From Nitrospinaceae bacterium (GTDB lineage: Bacteria; Nitrospinota; Nitrospinia; Nitrospinales; Nitrospinaceae), in NCBI GenBank assembly GCA_965237905.1, contig OZ250172.1, forward strand, positions 3,008,001 to 3,072,000: 64,000 nucleotides of DNA, given 5' to 3'. Each line of letters starts with the position of its first letter. The first letter of the stretch is position 1. Of this stretch, positions 19,318 through 29,532 are shown in pieces. The position numbers were made by a program, and so were the translations under genes. Below the pieces are notes generated by a model. It was not told where the DNA came from, searched no databases, and saw only the letters and a list, made by a program, of their open reading frames with translations.

Positions 19318-19411
19318 TCCTTTCTTTTCATTTCTCTATTCTCAGCCCCCCACTTGGTTTAAATTTTTTTATAAATACAGATATTGATCTTTTGGATAAT
19401 TGATTAGACCC

Positions 19412-21076
19412 ATGAAGGAAACTGTTAAAAACCAAATCGCCAACGCGTTGACCCGGGCAAAAGAAAGCGGCGACCTGAGTTTGCCGGAGATGCCTGAAAT
19501 CATCATCGAAGAGCCCAAGGATGAAAAGCTGGGGGATTTTGCGACGACTTTGGCGATGCAGTTGGCGCGTTCGGAAAAGAAGAACCCGAAGGCGATCGCC
19601 GAGACGATATGCCGTTTCCTGAAGGATGGGGCGGATTCCATCGAATCGGCCGAGGTGGCGGGGCCGGGTTTTATCAATATAAAGATGTCAGTAGACTTTT
19701 TCCAAAGCCGTTTGAAGGAGGCGATTCTTCAAGGCCGCGAGTTCGGCCAATCAGACGTCGGCCAAAAGAAAAAAGTTCTGCTGGAATTTGTCAGCGCCAA
19801 TCCTACTGGTCCGCTCCATGTTGGGCATGGCCGTGGTGCCGCGGTTGGGCATGCGCTGTCCTGCCTCATGAAAAAGGCAGGCTTCGATGTTTCGACCGAG
19901 TATTACGTCAACGACGTCGGCAATCAGATGAACACGCTGGGCCGTTCGACCTGGCTGCGGTATCAGGAATTATTGAAGAAGAAAGTGGAATTTCCCGAAG
20001 ACGGGTATCAAGGGGAGTACATCAAGGAGATTGCTCAGGCAGTGATTGATAACGACGGTTCCAGTCATTTCGATAAACAGGATGAAGACGCGCTGACCTT
20101 TTTCCGAAAATTTTCCAAGGACTCCATTCTTGAAGGCATACGCAACGATCTCAAAGAATTCCGGGTGGAATTTGACCGCTGGTTCAACGAATCGAGTTTG
20201 GATGACGACGATTCGGTCAACAAGGCGATCGATTGGCTGCGGGAAAAGGGCTTCGTCTATGAAAAAGACGGCGCCACCTGGGTCAAGACCTCCCAGTTCA
20301 AAGACGACGCCGACCGGGTGATTATCAAGCAGGGCGGCGAGAGAACTTATTTTTGCTCGGACATCGCGTATCACAAGAACAAGGTCGACCGGGGATATGA
20401 TCTCATTCTGGATTTGTGGGGGGCGGATCATCACGGTTATGTGCCGCGCATGCAGTCGGTGCTCCAGGCCATGAATTACGACCAGGAAGTTTTCAAGGTT
20501 CTGCTGGTACAGTTTGTGTCCTTGAAACGCGGAGGCCAGAAGGTTTCGATGTCTACCCGGTCAGGTGAGTTTGAAACGCTGGCCAACGTGGTGGCGGAAG
20601 TGGGGGTCGATGCCACCCGGTTCTTTTTCCTGATGCGCAGTTCGGACAGTCATCTCGATTTCGATCTGGATTTGGCCAAGAAGGAGTCGCCGGAAAACCC
20701 CGTGTACTATATCCAGTACGCCCATGCCCGGATATGCAGTGTGTTCCGTACCGCCGGGGAGCAGGAGGTTCCCACGCCGGATTTGGCCTTCACTGACCTT
20801 TCCTTGCTGAAAGAAGAGGAAGAGTTTGCGCTGATCAAGAAGATTCTGGCCTACCCGGCCTGCATTGAAAAAAGCGCCCTGTCGCTGGAGATACACCGTA
20901 TCGCCTTTTATCTGCAGGAACTGGTCTCCATTTTTCACAGCTATTACAAACAGCACCGCGTCGTGACCGAGAATCGGGAGCTGACAATGGCCCGTCTGTT
21001 GCTTTTGGATTGCCTGAGAAATGTGATCGCCAGCGGCCTGGGTATCCTTGGTGTCTCCTCTCCTGAGAAAATGTAA
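19412..21076 (+). CDS. argS: Arginyl-tRNA synthetase
   Basis: 'EFVSANPTGPLHVGHGRGA', 'GADHHGY', 'MSTRSG', 'YYIQYAHAR', C-terminal 'PEKM'. Confidence 0.98.
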   Translation: MKETVKNQIANALTRAKESGDLSLPEMPEIIIEEPKDEKLGDFATTLAMQLARSEKKNPKAIAETICRFLKDGADSIESAEVAGPGFINIKMSVDFFQSRLKEAILQGREFGQSDVGQKKKVLLEFVSANPTGPLHVGHGRGAAVGHALSCLMKKAGFDVSTEYYVNDVGNQMNTLGRSTWLRYQELLKKKVEFPEDGYQGEYIKEIAQAVIDNDGSSHFDKQDEDALTFFRKFSKDSILEGIRNDLKEFRVEFDRWFNESSLDDDDSVNKAIDWLREKGFVYEKDGATWVKTSQFKDDADRVIIKQGGERTYFCSDIAYHKNKVDRGYDLILDLWGADHHGYVPRMQSVLQAMNYDQEVFKVLLVQFVSLKRGGQKVSMSTRSGEFETLANVVAEVGVDATRFFFLMRSSDSHLDFDLDLAKKESPENPVYYIQYAHARICSVFRTAGEQEVPTPDLAFTDLSLLKEEEEFALIKKILAYPACIEKSALSLEIHRIAFYLQELVSIFHSYYKQHRVVTENRELTMARLLLLDCLRNVIASGLGILGVSSPEKM

Positions 21077-21226
21077 GGCATATCCGCCCTTTACCGGATT
21101 TTCCCGGCCCTCTTGACCCCTCAAAAAAAATCTTATAAACTATTGAAAAATTGTGTATAATTTCATTATCAATTTTTCTCTCTGTTGTTTCGAGAGGTCA
21201 CATTTGATTTCAAGTCGGGTGAAGCC

Positions 21227-22030
21227 ATGGGATTTCTGAAAAAAGTATTTTTATTGAGTCTGTTAAGTTTAGCAGGGTGGGGCCTCTATTCTGCCGGTCA
21301 GAACAACCTGTTCTCGTTTCTGAGCAGTGAGTCCGGGGAGCAGGTCCAGGTGGCCAAGAAGGACCGCGCGGTTAAACCCAAATCTTTTTTCAAAAAAGTG
21401 AAAGACGTGATGCCCGCTCCGGTTAAGAAATACGACTACACTTTTTTTGAAACCCTGGAAGACGTGGATCTGGAACGGTATGTCGATCTGGATGGCAAGG
21501 TCAAAGTCATGAAGAAAACCGTTCACTCCTGGGTGGATGAAGTGGGGAAAGTCATCCATGAGCCACGCATACTCCTGGCTTCATACAAGGAGCCGGATGA
21601 GGGGACAGAGGAACCCTCTTCTTCCTACGAGGATATCATCAATAAACTGGACGACCTGATGAAGGAGAAACCGAAGAAAAAAACGGCGTCTCCAACAGCT
21701 CCATCGAGTTCGGTCAAACGTGTGACTCCCCCCATCGCCCCGGCCGGTTCAGCCAAGCGGGCGGTCGCCCCGTCCAGGGTTTCAAGCAAACCCTACCTGG
21801 TTCAAGTCAGTTCTTTCCGCAAATTAAGCCATGCCCGCGCTTTAGAATCCAAACTTCAACAGCAAGGGTATTCCGCTTTTGTAATGAGCGTGGAAGTCTC
21901 TAAAACCAAAGGGGTCTGGTACCGGGTATTTCTCGGAAAATATCAGACCGAAGCGAACGCCCGCGCCGTCGCTCAAAAGGCGCAACAACTCCACAACCTG
22001 AAGGCCATCGTTCTGAAATCTTCCAAGTAA
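21227..22030 (+). CDS. SPOR-domain cell-division protein (FtsN-like)
   Basis: N-terminal TM helix; C-terminal 'YLVQVSSF...WYRVFLG'; typical argS-SPOR synteny. Confidence 0.85.
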   Translation: MGFLKKVFLLSLLSLAGWGLYSAGQNNLFSFLSSESGEQVQVAKKDRAVKPKSFFKKVKDVMPAPVKKYDYTFFETLEDVDLERYVDLDGKVKVMKKTVHSWVDEVGKVIHEPRILLASYKEPDEGTEEPSSSYEDIINKLDDLMKEKPKKKTASPTAPSSSVKRVTPPIAPAGSAKRAVAPSRVSSKPYLVQVSSFRKLSHARALESKLQQQGYSAFVMSVEVSKTKGVWYRVFLGKYQTEANARAVAQKAQQLHNLKAIVLKSSK

Positions 22031-22074
22031 CCTGTTTAAATTATAAAGAGAGTTATTCGATCGTAAGGGAAGGG

Positions 22075-23469
22075 TCAGAAGGGCTTCAAATCCCCGATGT
22101 AGCGTTCTGAATTATCGAAGTGTTGTAGAACTTCCACCGGATCGTCGATCCGGGGCCCGCCGTAAAAATTTTCGTTGCTGTCATACCAGGTGTTGAACCG
22201 GTACCCCTCGGTGTCGTCGTGGTAGAGTTTCCGCCGCGCGTCCTCCCCCTTGAAGGTAAAATCCAACTGCGCAGTTTTTCCGGCTTCAATGGTGACGGTC
22301 CCTGTTTGTATGGGTACGAAAGGGTGCCAGGCAGTCACTTCGTAGGTGCCGGGCGGGATGTTTTCGATATTGAAGTTTCCTTCGGCGTCGCTGATCACAA
22401 AGTAGGGGTTGTCGACGATATAGCCCCGGGTCTGGAGGAAAGGATGCAGGTTGCATTTCAGAATGAACTCTGGCGCGCCGGGTTTGATGAAAGCGGAACG
22501 GACCTGCGAATTGACCGGTAATACGCTTTTGTTGCTGGTCTGGTTCCGGTGCGCTCCGTAGATTTCATAGGTGGCGATTTCGTGTTTGATGGGATCCGTA
22601 TTTTCAATCAGGATATCCTCCCCGTTCTTGATGCCGATCACGTATTTGTTCACGTGACACAGTTTGAGATGCAGGGTTTGCATTTTGCGCGGGAAGGGTT
22701 TTCCTTTTTCGATCCCCTGGATGGCAATGATTGCGTCCTGGAGTCCGCCTTTCTTAGAGACGGTAAAATCGTACAAAATCCGGTGGCCCTTGCCGTCCGA
22801 CATGCGCGAGCAGAATTCGATATTGGGTGCGTGGATTAAATGGAACGCTCGCGCCTTGGGCACCAGGCCAGCCAGATTGACGCGACCCGCCAGTGTTCCT
22901 CCCTGATCGACCGATGTGATTTTGTAATCGAGCGGAATCTGGTCATGGAGTTGCTTTGCCAGCTTGTAATTTCTCTTGTACAGTTTATCGACCTGTTTCC
23001 GCGCCTTTTCGTCCCGGCCCAACTGATGGTAAATCAGTCCCAGATCGTAATCCGCATGGACCATGCGTGAATCTTTTTGGAGAGCCATTTCGATTTCCTG
23101 AGCGGCGTCTTCCAGAAAGTTGAGTTTGGCGAGAGACAGGCCGCGGAAATACCGGAAGTTGGCATTGTCATAACCCATCTCCAGCGCTTTCTGGAAGGCG
23201 AGGAGGGCCTCCTTGTGGCGGTTGACCCGGCTGAGGGCCACTCCCAGATTGGCCTGCGCTATGGAATTGTCGGGTTTTTCCTGCAAGGCCTTTTCGAATT
23301 CGAGAATGGCTCCATTCCAATCTCCCTTTTGGCTTAAAACTTTGGCCTTGTGGAGAGCCTCTTCGGATGTCCCGGCCAAGGAGAGTGCAGTGGCGCTTAT
23401 CGCAAACCATACAGCCCAAAAAACAAGGGCCAAGGTACCGCATTGGGTTTTCCTATAAGAAATGCGCAT
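22075..23469 (-). CDS. TPR protein fused to a carboxypeptidase-regulatory-like / cupredoxin-like domain
   Basis: Signal peptide; TPR repeats ('AQANLGVAL', 'ADYDLGLIY'); 'KHEI' and 'CNLHPFL'; 'GNFNIENIPPGTYEVTAWHP'. Confidence 0.82.
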   Translation of the reverse strand: MRISYRKTQCGTLALVFWAVWFAISATALSLAGTSEEALHKAKVLSQKGDWNGAILEFEKALQEKPDNSIAQANLGVALSRVNRHKEALLAFQKALEMGYDNANFRYFRGLSLAKLNFLEDAAQEIEMALQKDSRMVHADYDLGLIYHQLGRDEKARKQVDKLYKRNYKLAKQLHDQIPLDYKITSVDQGGTLAGRVNLAGLVPKARAFHLIHAPNIEFCSRMSDGKGHRILYDFTVSKKGGLQDAIIAIQGIEKGKPFPRKMQTLHLKLCHVNKYVIGIKNGEDILIENTDPIKHEIATYEIYGAHRNQTSNKSVLPVNSQVRSAFIKPGAPEFILKCNLHPFLQTRGYIVDNPYFVISDAEGNFNIENIPPGTYEVTAWHPFVPIQTGTVTIEAGKTAQLDFTFKGEDARRKLYHDDTEGYRFNTWYDSNENFYGGPRIDDPVEVLQHFDNSERYIGDLKPF

Positions 23470-23707
23470 ACAATTTAAATTCCCTGTTGAACGATGAGGT
23501 CAATCTATCAAGTAGGACCAGACCCGTCAAGGACCTTTAAAATACTGACGAGCAACCCTTTTTATTACCCAATGACCCAAAAATTCGAGTAACCTATAAT
23601 ACATCGAATCACTCTCTCTATAGATACGCTGGATGGACTATTTATTTCAATCCCTGGCGTTTTAAGCTTCATTCTTTAAACCCTAAGGCGGGGTTAGCCT
23701 CGACCGA

Positions 23708-24697
23708 ATGGGAGTTCTTATGGCTGGTTTCGACTATAATTTTGATCCCCATCCCTGGGCTCGCGGACCGATTGCGCAGACCATTACCGGTTCCCAGTTC
23801 ACGGGCAATCCCCAACTTCCACACAGGGTCCAGCATCGGATTCGGCTGGACGAAAAGAATTTGCTGTTGATGTATGAATTAAAAGCGGCAGAGGAATCCG
23901 CTCCCGTCGTGCTCATCGGTCATGGCATGGGCGGGTGCAGTGAATCCGGTTATATGCGTCGAATCGCCGCCAAGCTCTTCCAGGAAGGTTTTAGCGTTTT
24001 TATGATGAATCAACGGGGCAGTGGCCACGGCATCGGGTTGTGCGACCGGCTCTGGAACGGCGGCTCGAGTGAGGATTTGGCGCGGATGATTCAATTTATT
24101 GTGGATATGTATTCCGACCGGAAACTTCTTTTGATAGGGTTTTCCCTGACCGGCAATATTCTTCTGAAATACCTGGGCGAGGGCAGGCAAATCCCCTCTA
24201 ATGTCCATTCCGCTCTGGCGGTGAACCCTCCCATCGATCTTAAAGTAGCCAGCGAGAAAATATCGGAAGGGCCTTGGTCCAACGCCTTCAACAAATATTA
24301 CCTCTCCTTGATGAACCGGCAGGTGGAGGCCATGGTGGAATGCCATCCGGATGCTTTTCGGCCCGCTGTTGCGCCCAAAACGATCTGGGAGTTTGATGTG
24401 GAGTATACCGCCCCCGCTTTCGATTATCCCCGAGTGGGAGCCTATTATGAGGAATGCAGTTCAAAACAATTTTTGGAGCACATTACTATCCCCACCACGA
24501 TTCTCTGTTCTCAGGATGATCCCTTTGTACCCTCGGAAATCTTTCAGAGTGCGCGGATGAGCCAGCAGATAGATTTCATGAATCCGGAGTTCGGCGGTCA
24601 TATGGGCTATATCTCCCGTTCCCGGAACGATTTGGGAGATCGTCGCTGGATGGATTTTATTTGTGTCCAATGGGCGAAAACCCTTTATCCTAAATAG
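23708..24697 (+). CDS. Alpha/beta hydrolase, YheT family
   Basis: 'HGMGGCSESGY', nucleophile elbow 'GFSLTG', 'DDPFV', 'GGHMGY'. Confidence 0.88.
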   Translation: MGVLMAGFDYNFDPHPWARGPIAQTITGSQFTGNPQLPHRVQHRIRLDEKNLLLMYELKAAEESAPVVLIGHGMGGCSESGYMRRIAAKLFQEGFSVFMMNQRGSGHGIGLCDRLWNGGSSEDLARMIQFIVDMYSDRKLLLIGFSLTGNILLKYLGEGRQIPSNVHSALAVNPPIDLKVASEKISEGPWSNAFNKYYLSLMNRQVEAMVECHPDAFRPAVAPKTIWEFDVEYTAPAFDYPRVGAYYEECSSKQFLEHITIPTTILCSQDDPFVPSEIFQSARMSQQIDFMNPEFGGHMGYISRSRNDLGDRRWMDFICVQWAKTLYPK

Positions 24698-24747
24698 ATA
24701 GTCTTAAAGCCCCAAATACCTGTCCACTATTCTTGAGAGTCAATTCT

Positions 24748-26439
24748 ATGTTGGCAATGACCGACACCTACAAGCTTTTCCGGGTCCGATGGTTGTTTTT
24801 GAAAAATCATTTTGTTCATCCCGCCACTGACAAGTGGAGCCGATGGGTATTGATCGGAATCCTCGGGAGTCTTTTCTTCGCTGCCAATTATGCTTTCTTT
24901 TACCGGATGATCCGGTATCTGGATGAACTGCCCTTTAGGGTCGGAGAGGAACTGATCTTTCAACTGCTGAACGTGATATTTCTCACTCTGTTCGTAATGG
25001 TTTTGTTCTCCGCCATCATCGCTTCGTTGTCCATTTACTATATTTCTTCAGATCTGGATTTCCTGCACTCACAGCCGGTAAGCAAAGATTCTATTGTTCG
25101 CGTGCGTTTCGTTCAAACCCTCATCAACGCGTCCTGGGTGGTGCTGATTTTTGCCTTCCCCATTTTTCTGGCCTATGGATATTACTTTGATGTGAATTTG
25201 GGATACTACTTTTATCTTCTGGCAAGCCTGCCGCCTTTTGTGGTGATCCCCACTCTGTTAGGCATTATCGGAATTATGGTATTGATGTGGTTTTTCCCTA
25301 CGGACAAAGCCTATCAGATCTTGTCCTTCATGGGATTGTTCTTTCTGGCATGGATGATTATCTTTTTCCGTTTTTTATCGCCGGAAAAGTTTTTTGACAA
25401 GAAAGTTTCCGACGAAGCGATCATTGCTTTTGTGGAAAGCCTCAAAATGCCGGAATTCGGGTTTCACCCCAGCAGTTGGATGACGATTGGAGTGTCCAGC
25501 TGGTCCGAGCAACAAACGGGCACCGCTTTGTGGCAATTGTTCTACCTGTATGCGGCCGCTGTGGTTTTGAGTGGAGTTTTCTGGTGGATCAGCCGGAAAA
25601 TCTATTTTGCAAGTTGGCGCTCCTATCAAGAGGTCAAAAGCGCTCCACGAGATAAAGTCCAAAAGGGAGGGCCCAAAAAATCATTTTGGTTGAGTGTTTT
25701 GCCTTTCTCGTCCGGACAAAAGGGATTACTCCAAAAAGATCTCATTGTCTTCTCGCGGGATCCATCCTATTGGTCACAGTTGTTTATTCTGGCGGCGTTG
25801 GTGGCGGTTTATATTTTGAATATCGTCAACCTGCCACTGGAAAATATCGTTTTGAAAAATGTGGTTTCCATTTTGAATGTGGGGATGATTGGTTTTGTTC
25901 TTTCGGCCCTTGCGTCCCGGTTTGTATTCTCCACCACCAGCCTGGAAGGGAATAAGATGTGGACCGTCTACACCTCGCCGTTAAAAATGGAAAGCTTTCT
26001 GATCGGTAAATTTTTAATGTACTTTCCCCCACTCTTGCTCATTGGAGAATTTCTGGTGATTGTTTCCAACATTCTGCTTCAGGTCGATGCCTATGTCATG
26101 CGGATTTCCATCCTGGGGATTCTGTTTATAACCGTCGGTGTGGTGGGAATGGCAGTCGGTATGGGAGCCATGTATCCCAAATTTGATTATGAAAACATTT
26201 CGGAAATATCCGGCGGAACCGGCGCCATTCTGTTCGTTATCTCCAGCCTGATTTATGTGGGAGTGGTCATTGTTTTAGGGGCCCGTCCCATGTACGTCCA
26301 CTTTAAGCAGATCTATGTGGGCGGAGTGGCCGATTTCGAGGTCATCGGTTTTTATATCCTCATCATTGCGCTTTCATTTTATGTAGCGATTGTGCCCATG
26401 CGCCGGGGAATCCACGCTCTTAAGGTAAGGGATTTTTAG
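24748..26439 (+). CDS. Multi-pass membrane protein, putative ABC-2-type permease
   Basis: Many TM segments; 'DLDFLHSQPV', 'KDLIVFSRD', 'SLEG...W.V..SP'. Start uncertain (24733-24757). Confidence 0.78.
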   Translation: MLAMTDTYKLFRVRWLFLKNHFVHPATDKWSRWVLIGILGSLFFAANYAFFYRMIRYLDELPFRVGEELIFQLLNVIFLTLFVMVLFSAIIASLSIYYISSDLDFLHSQPVSKDSIVRVRFVQTLINASWVVLIFAFPIFLAYGYYFDVNLGYYFYLLASLPPFVVIPTLLGIIGIMVLMWFFPTDKAYQILSFMGLFFLAWMIIFFRFLSPEKFFDKKVSDEAIIAFVESLKMPEFGFHPSSWMTIGVSSWSEQQTGTALWQLFYLYAAAVVLSGVFWWISRKIYFASWRSYQEVKSAPRDKVQKGGPKKSFWLSVLPFSSGQKGLLQKDLIVFSRDPSYWSQLFILAALVAVYILNIVNLPLENIVLKNVVSILNVGMIGFVLSALASRFVFSTTSLEGNKMWTVYTSPLKMESFLIGKFLMYFPPLLLIGEFLVIVSNILLQVDAYVMRISILGILFITVGVVGMAVGMGAMYPKFDYENISEISGGTGAILFVISSLIYVGVVIVLGARPMYVHFKQIYVGGVADFEVIGFYILIIALSFYVAIVPMRRGIHALKVRDF

Positions 26440-26479
26440 AAGTCTTGGGAATTTCGCCATTCTTTGATATAAAAAAGAG

Positions 26480-27775
26480 ATGATGGAGTTATTCCCGGAA
26501 TATGAAAAACCAACCGATGGGCCCCCGCCTCCCCTGGCCGACCGCATGCGGCCTGAATCCTGGGAAGACCTGCTCGGCCATGAACACCTGATTGGCGAAA
26601 AAAGCCCGCTCCGCCGGTTGATCGAAAAGGATGCCGGACTGTCTTTTATTTTATGGGGACCGCCGGGAGCCGGCAAAACCACCATCGCCCGCATCGTGGC
26701 CCGCATCACCCAAAGCGAGTTTCATGAAATCAGTGCCGTGAATGCCGGTGTCGCGGACATCCGGAAAATCATCGAACGTGCCAAAGGCAGTTGGGCGCAA
26801 TCCAAACGCCGCACGGTTCTGTTCATCGACGAAATTCACCGCTTCAACAAGTCCCAGCAGGACGCCGTTCTGCCTTATGTCGAGAACGGAACCATCCGCC
26901 TGATCGGTTCCACCACCGAAAATCCTTCGTTTGAAGTCATCCCCGCATTGCGTTCCCGGTGCCAGGTGTTCCGTTTGGGATACCTCACCGCCGATCAAAT
27001 TCGCCACATCATTGAACGGGCTTTACAGGACGAAGTTCGCGGCTTGGGGGGTATCCCGGTTACTTTTGATGAGGCGGCGGTGGATTTGATCATCAGCCAT
27101 GCCAATGGCGATGCGCGCCGTGCGTTGAATGTGTTGGAAGCCGCGGTGATGTATCAGAAGGAACGCAATGCAGAACTACCCCCGCCGGTGTCGGCGGCGC
27201 CGGTGGGACAGTCGGTGATTGAGGGCATCATCCAACGGACGGCCGTTTTGTACGACAAGGATGGGACCGAGCATTACGATCACGCGTCCGCTTTTCAGAA
27301 AAGTATGCGGGGGTCGGATGCCGACGCCGCCGTTTACTGGCTGGCCAAGATGATCGCCGGCGGCGAAGACCCAAGATTCATCGCCCGCCGCCTGGTCGTC
27401 ACGGCGGCAGAGGATGTGGGGCTGGCCGATCCCATGGCACTGGTGCTCGCCAATGCGGCCTTCGATGTGGTGGAACGTATCGGCTTGCCCGAAGCGAGAA
27501 TCCCACTGGCGCAGGCGGTCATCTATGTCGCGCGGGCGCCGAAAGACAATACCGCCATCAAAGCCATCGACTCGGCTTTGAGCGACGTTGAGAAAAAAGG
27601 CCAGTCGTTTCCCGTCCCTAACCACCTCAGGGATGCCCATTATAAAGACGCCAAAAAATACGGCTACGGCACCGACTACAAATATCCCCATAATTATCCC
27701 GGTCACACAGTGGAACAGGAATACCTTCCCGCCGAACTGAAAGGCAAAAAATATGTGCCCCGTGACGATAAATAA
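26480..27775 (+). CDS. rarA: Replication-associated recombination protein A (MgsA)
   Basis: 'PLADRMRP', 'LWGPPGAGKTT', 'FIDEIHRFNKSQQD', 'SAFQKSMRGSD', 'YKYPHNYP'. Confidence 0.96.
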   Translation: MMELFPEYEKPTDGPPPPLADRMRPESWEDLLGHEHLIGEKSPLRRLIEKDAGLSFILWGPPGAGKTTIARIVARITQSEFHEISAVNAGVADIRKIIERAKGSWAQSKRRTVLFIDEIHRFNKSQQDAVLPYVENGTIRLIGSTTENPSFEVIPALRSRCQVFRLGYLTADQIRHIIERALQDEVRGLGGIPVTFDEAAVDLIISHANGDARRALNVLEAAVMYQKERNAELPPPVSAAPVGQSVIEGIIQRTAVLYDKDGTEHYDHASAFQKSMRGSDADAAVYWLAKMIAGGEDPRFIARRLVVTAAEDVGLADPMALVLANAAFDVVERIGLPEARIPLAQAVIYVARAPKDNTAIKAIDSALSDVEKKGQSFPVPNHLRDAHYKDAKKYGYGTDYKYPHNYPGHTVEQEYLPAELKGKKYVPRDDK

Positions 27776-27819
27776 TTGATAGTGACCGGAAACGCCTTTT
27801 GCCAGTCGCACCTCGGAGC

Positions 27820-28365
27820 TTAACCATCTGATTTGAGCTGATCATTCGCAAGCCTCCGAGCTGAATCAATCTGCTCTTCTGTCATGTGGGCTTCGAGTCT
27901 TGGGATAGCGCCAGCAGCCTGCAAAAAGCCCTGAGCATTCGCAAGGACAAGCCACATATACGCCTCAACAATCCTACTCTCTTGTTCTTCCAACGGGCGG
28001 TTATCTTGACCAGCCATGAAGTCACCCGCCAGAATAGCGCAGAGAGCATATCGAGCTTGATCTATTCCCTGCTCTGCGGCCTTTCTATACCATTCTTCTG
28101 CGGCTTGATCGTCTGGTGCTACCAAACCGCTACCTGTCTCGTAACATACCCCGAGATTATATTGTGCAACCGCGTTGCCGCGCTTTGCTGCCTCACTAAA
28201 AATCTTAAGTGCGGTGGAAAGGTTTCCATCGTCAAAGGCAACAAATGCTTCTTCCAATCCGTGTTCCTCTATCAGATTATTTCTTACCACATGGTATGGA
28301 TTCGTGAGCGAGCCAAATATTTGGGCCAGCCAGTAGGTAAATTTTCTGCGGAGTTTTAGAAACAT
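27820..28365 (-). CDS. Sel1-repeat protein
   Basis: 'GNAVAQYNLGVCYETGSG', 'WYRKAAEQG', 'EAYMWLVLA'. Start uncertain; the ORF is open to 28500. Confidence 0.82.
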   Translation of the reverse strand: MFLKLRRKFTYWLAQIFGSLTNPYHVVRNNLIEEHGLEEAFVAFDDGNLSTALKIFSEAAKRGNAVAQYNLGVCYETGSGLVAPDDQAAEEWYRKAAEQGIDQARYALCAILAGDFMAGQDNRPLEEQESRIVEAYMWLVLANAQGFLQAAGAIPRLEAHMTEEQIDSARRLANDQLKSDG

Positions 28366-28610
28366 AGATTTCTGCCTTAAAAAATAAAGGGCTGATTTAT
28401 CTTTTTTCGTAACATCACGAGATAAAATATAAATGGTTAGCCTAAACCATACCAAAGAATTGACATTTTCGGCAAGCTGAAATAGAGTGAGTCTATCCAA
28501 ATATCCATAATAGGAGGGCTTACCGTGAAAAGGTTAATCCGTGTTCTTGCTGTTCCGCTTTTGCGCAAGCAACATTATCAACAGATTGATAAAGTGAAGG
28601 GAGAAAGCAA

Positions 28611-28928
28611 ATGGCTGATGACCAGATACTAAGCCAAGAAATAATTGTAAAATCAAATTTGGGTCAGGTACTGAAGATTTGGTGGTGGTTGACTTGGAGA
28701 CTGTTTTTAACTTTATTGGCTATTGTGTTTGTAATGTCATTTATTGGAACGACGTTGTTTCGTTTGTACCAACTTGATTACCAAAATGCCATCAGCACTT
28801 ATGGTGGAGGTTTGTTGTTTCACCTAAGTGCCTTCTATTTTGTAAGGCAATTATTTACTCGTGGAAAGTTTAAAGATTTCTCAATTGTATTGGTAGCGAC
28901 CAAGCGCAAGCCTGAAGAATTGATCTAG
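28611..28928 (+). CDS. Small hypothetical membrane protein (AT-rich)
   Basis: SD ggag; two hydrophobic segments. Confidence 0.65.
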   Translation: MADDQILSQEIIVKSNLGQVLKIWWWLTWRLFLTLLAIVFVMSFIGTTLFRLYQLDYQNAISTYGGGLLFHLSAFYFVRQLFTRGKFKDFSIVLVATKRKPEELI

Positions 28929-29104
28929 AATGTTTATAGAGTCTTCAAGACCATGAATTATGACCCTTTTCATTCCCCTACAGATGCTTAAAATGCTTCT
29001 GGAACATGACGCTGATTCAGCTGCAACTTAAGTCCCACCGTAAATAAAAGTATTACTCCAAAAGATGGAAGATAATTGATACAATTCCCCGTTTCGGAAC
29101 CTTC

Positions 29105-29180
29105 CAAGTTAAAGAAAATTGAAAATGGCGCAGAGAACACAATTTACGGACGTTGAATCCATTTTTGAGGGCCGCCTGCG
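29105..29180 (+). repeat. Direct repeat copy 1: truncated 5' end of the LRR gene (pairs with 29886-29961)
   Basis: 72/76 identical by manual count; encodes MAQRTQFTDVESIFEGRLR then diverges to a stop. Confidence 0.93.
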
Positions 29181-29192
29181 GGAAACCCAGCA

Positions 29193-29221
29193 TTGACAAG
29201 TGACAATTTACGCTTTACAAC
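29193..29221 (+). promoter_or_regulatory. Putative sigma70 promoter of higBA (leaderless transcript)
   Basis: TTGACA-17 nt-TACAAC, 6 nt upstream of the higB ATG; no SD sequence. Confidence 0.6.
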
Positions 29222-29227
29222 TGAAGA

Positions 29228-29506
29228 ATGATAACGGGTTTTAAGGATCGAAGGCTTAAACGTTTCTACGAAACAGGAGCGCGGGGGAAAATACAGCCCA
29301 AGCTTCTCGACCGCGTAGAATTTATCCTTTCTCTTTTAGATGTAGCAGAAACTCTGGAGGATATAAATGTTCATAGCCTTCATTTGCACCCGCTCAAAGG
29401 AGATAAAAAAGGAATTTGGAGCGTAACAGTCAGAGCCAATTGGCGGATACTATTCCGCTTTGAAAATGGAAAAGCTTCTGACGTTGAAATGACCGACTAT
29501 CATTAA
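29228..29506 (+). CDS. higB: HigB toxin (RelE/ParE superfamily)
   Basis: 'MITGFKDRRLKRFY', 'LHPLKGDKKGIWSVTVRANWRILFRF', C-terminal 'DYH'. Confidence 0.95.
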   Translation: MITGFKDRRLKRFYETGARGKIQPKLLDRVEFILSLLDVAETLEDINVHSLHLHPLKGDKKGIWSVTVRANWRILFRFENGKASDVEMTDYH

Positions 29507-29532
29507 GAGGAATTAAGTAAGGAGTTATTACA

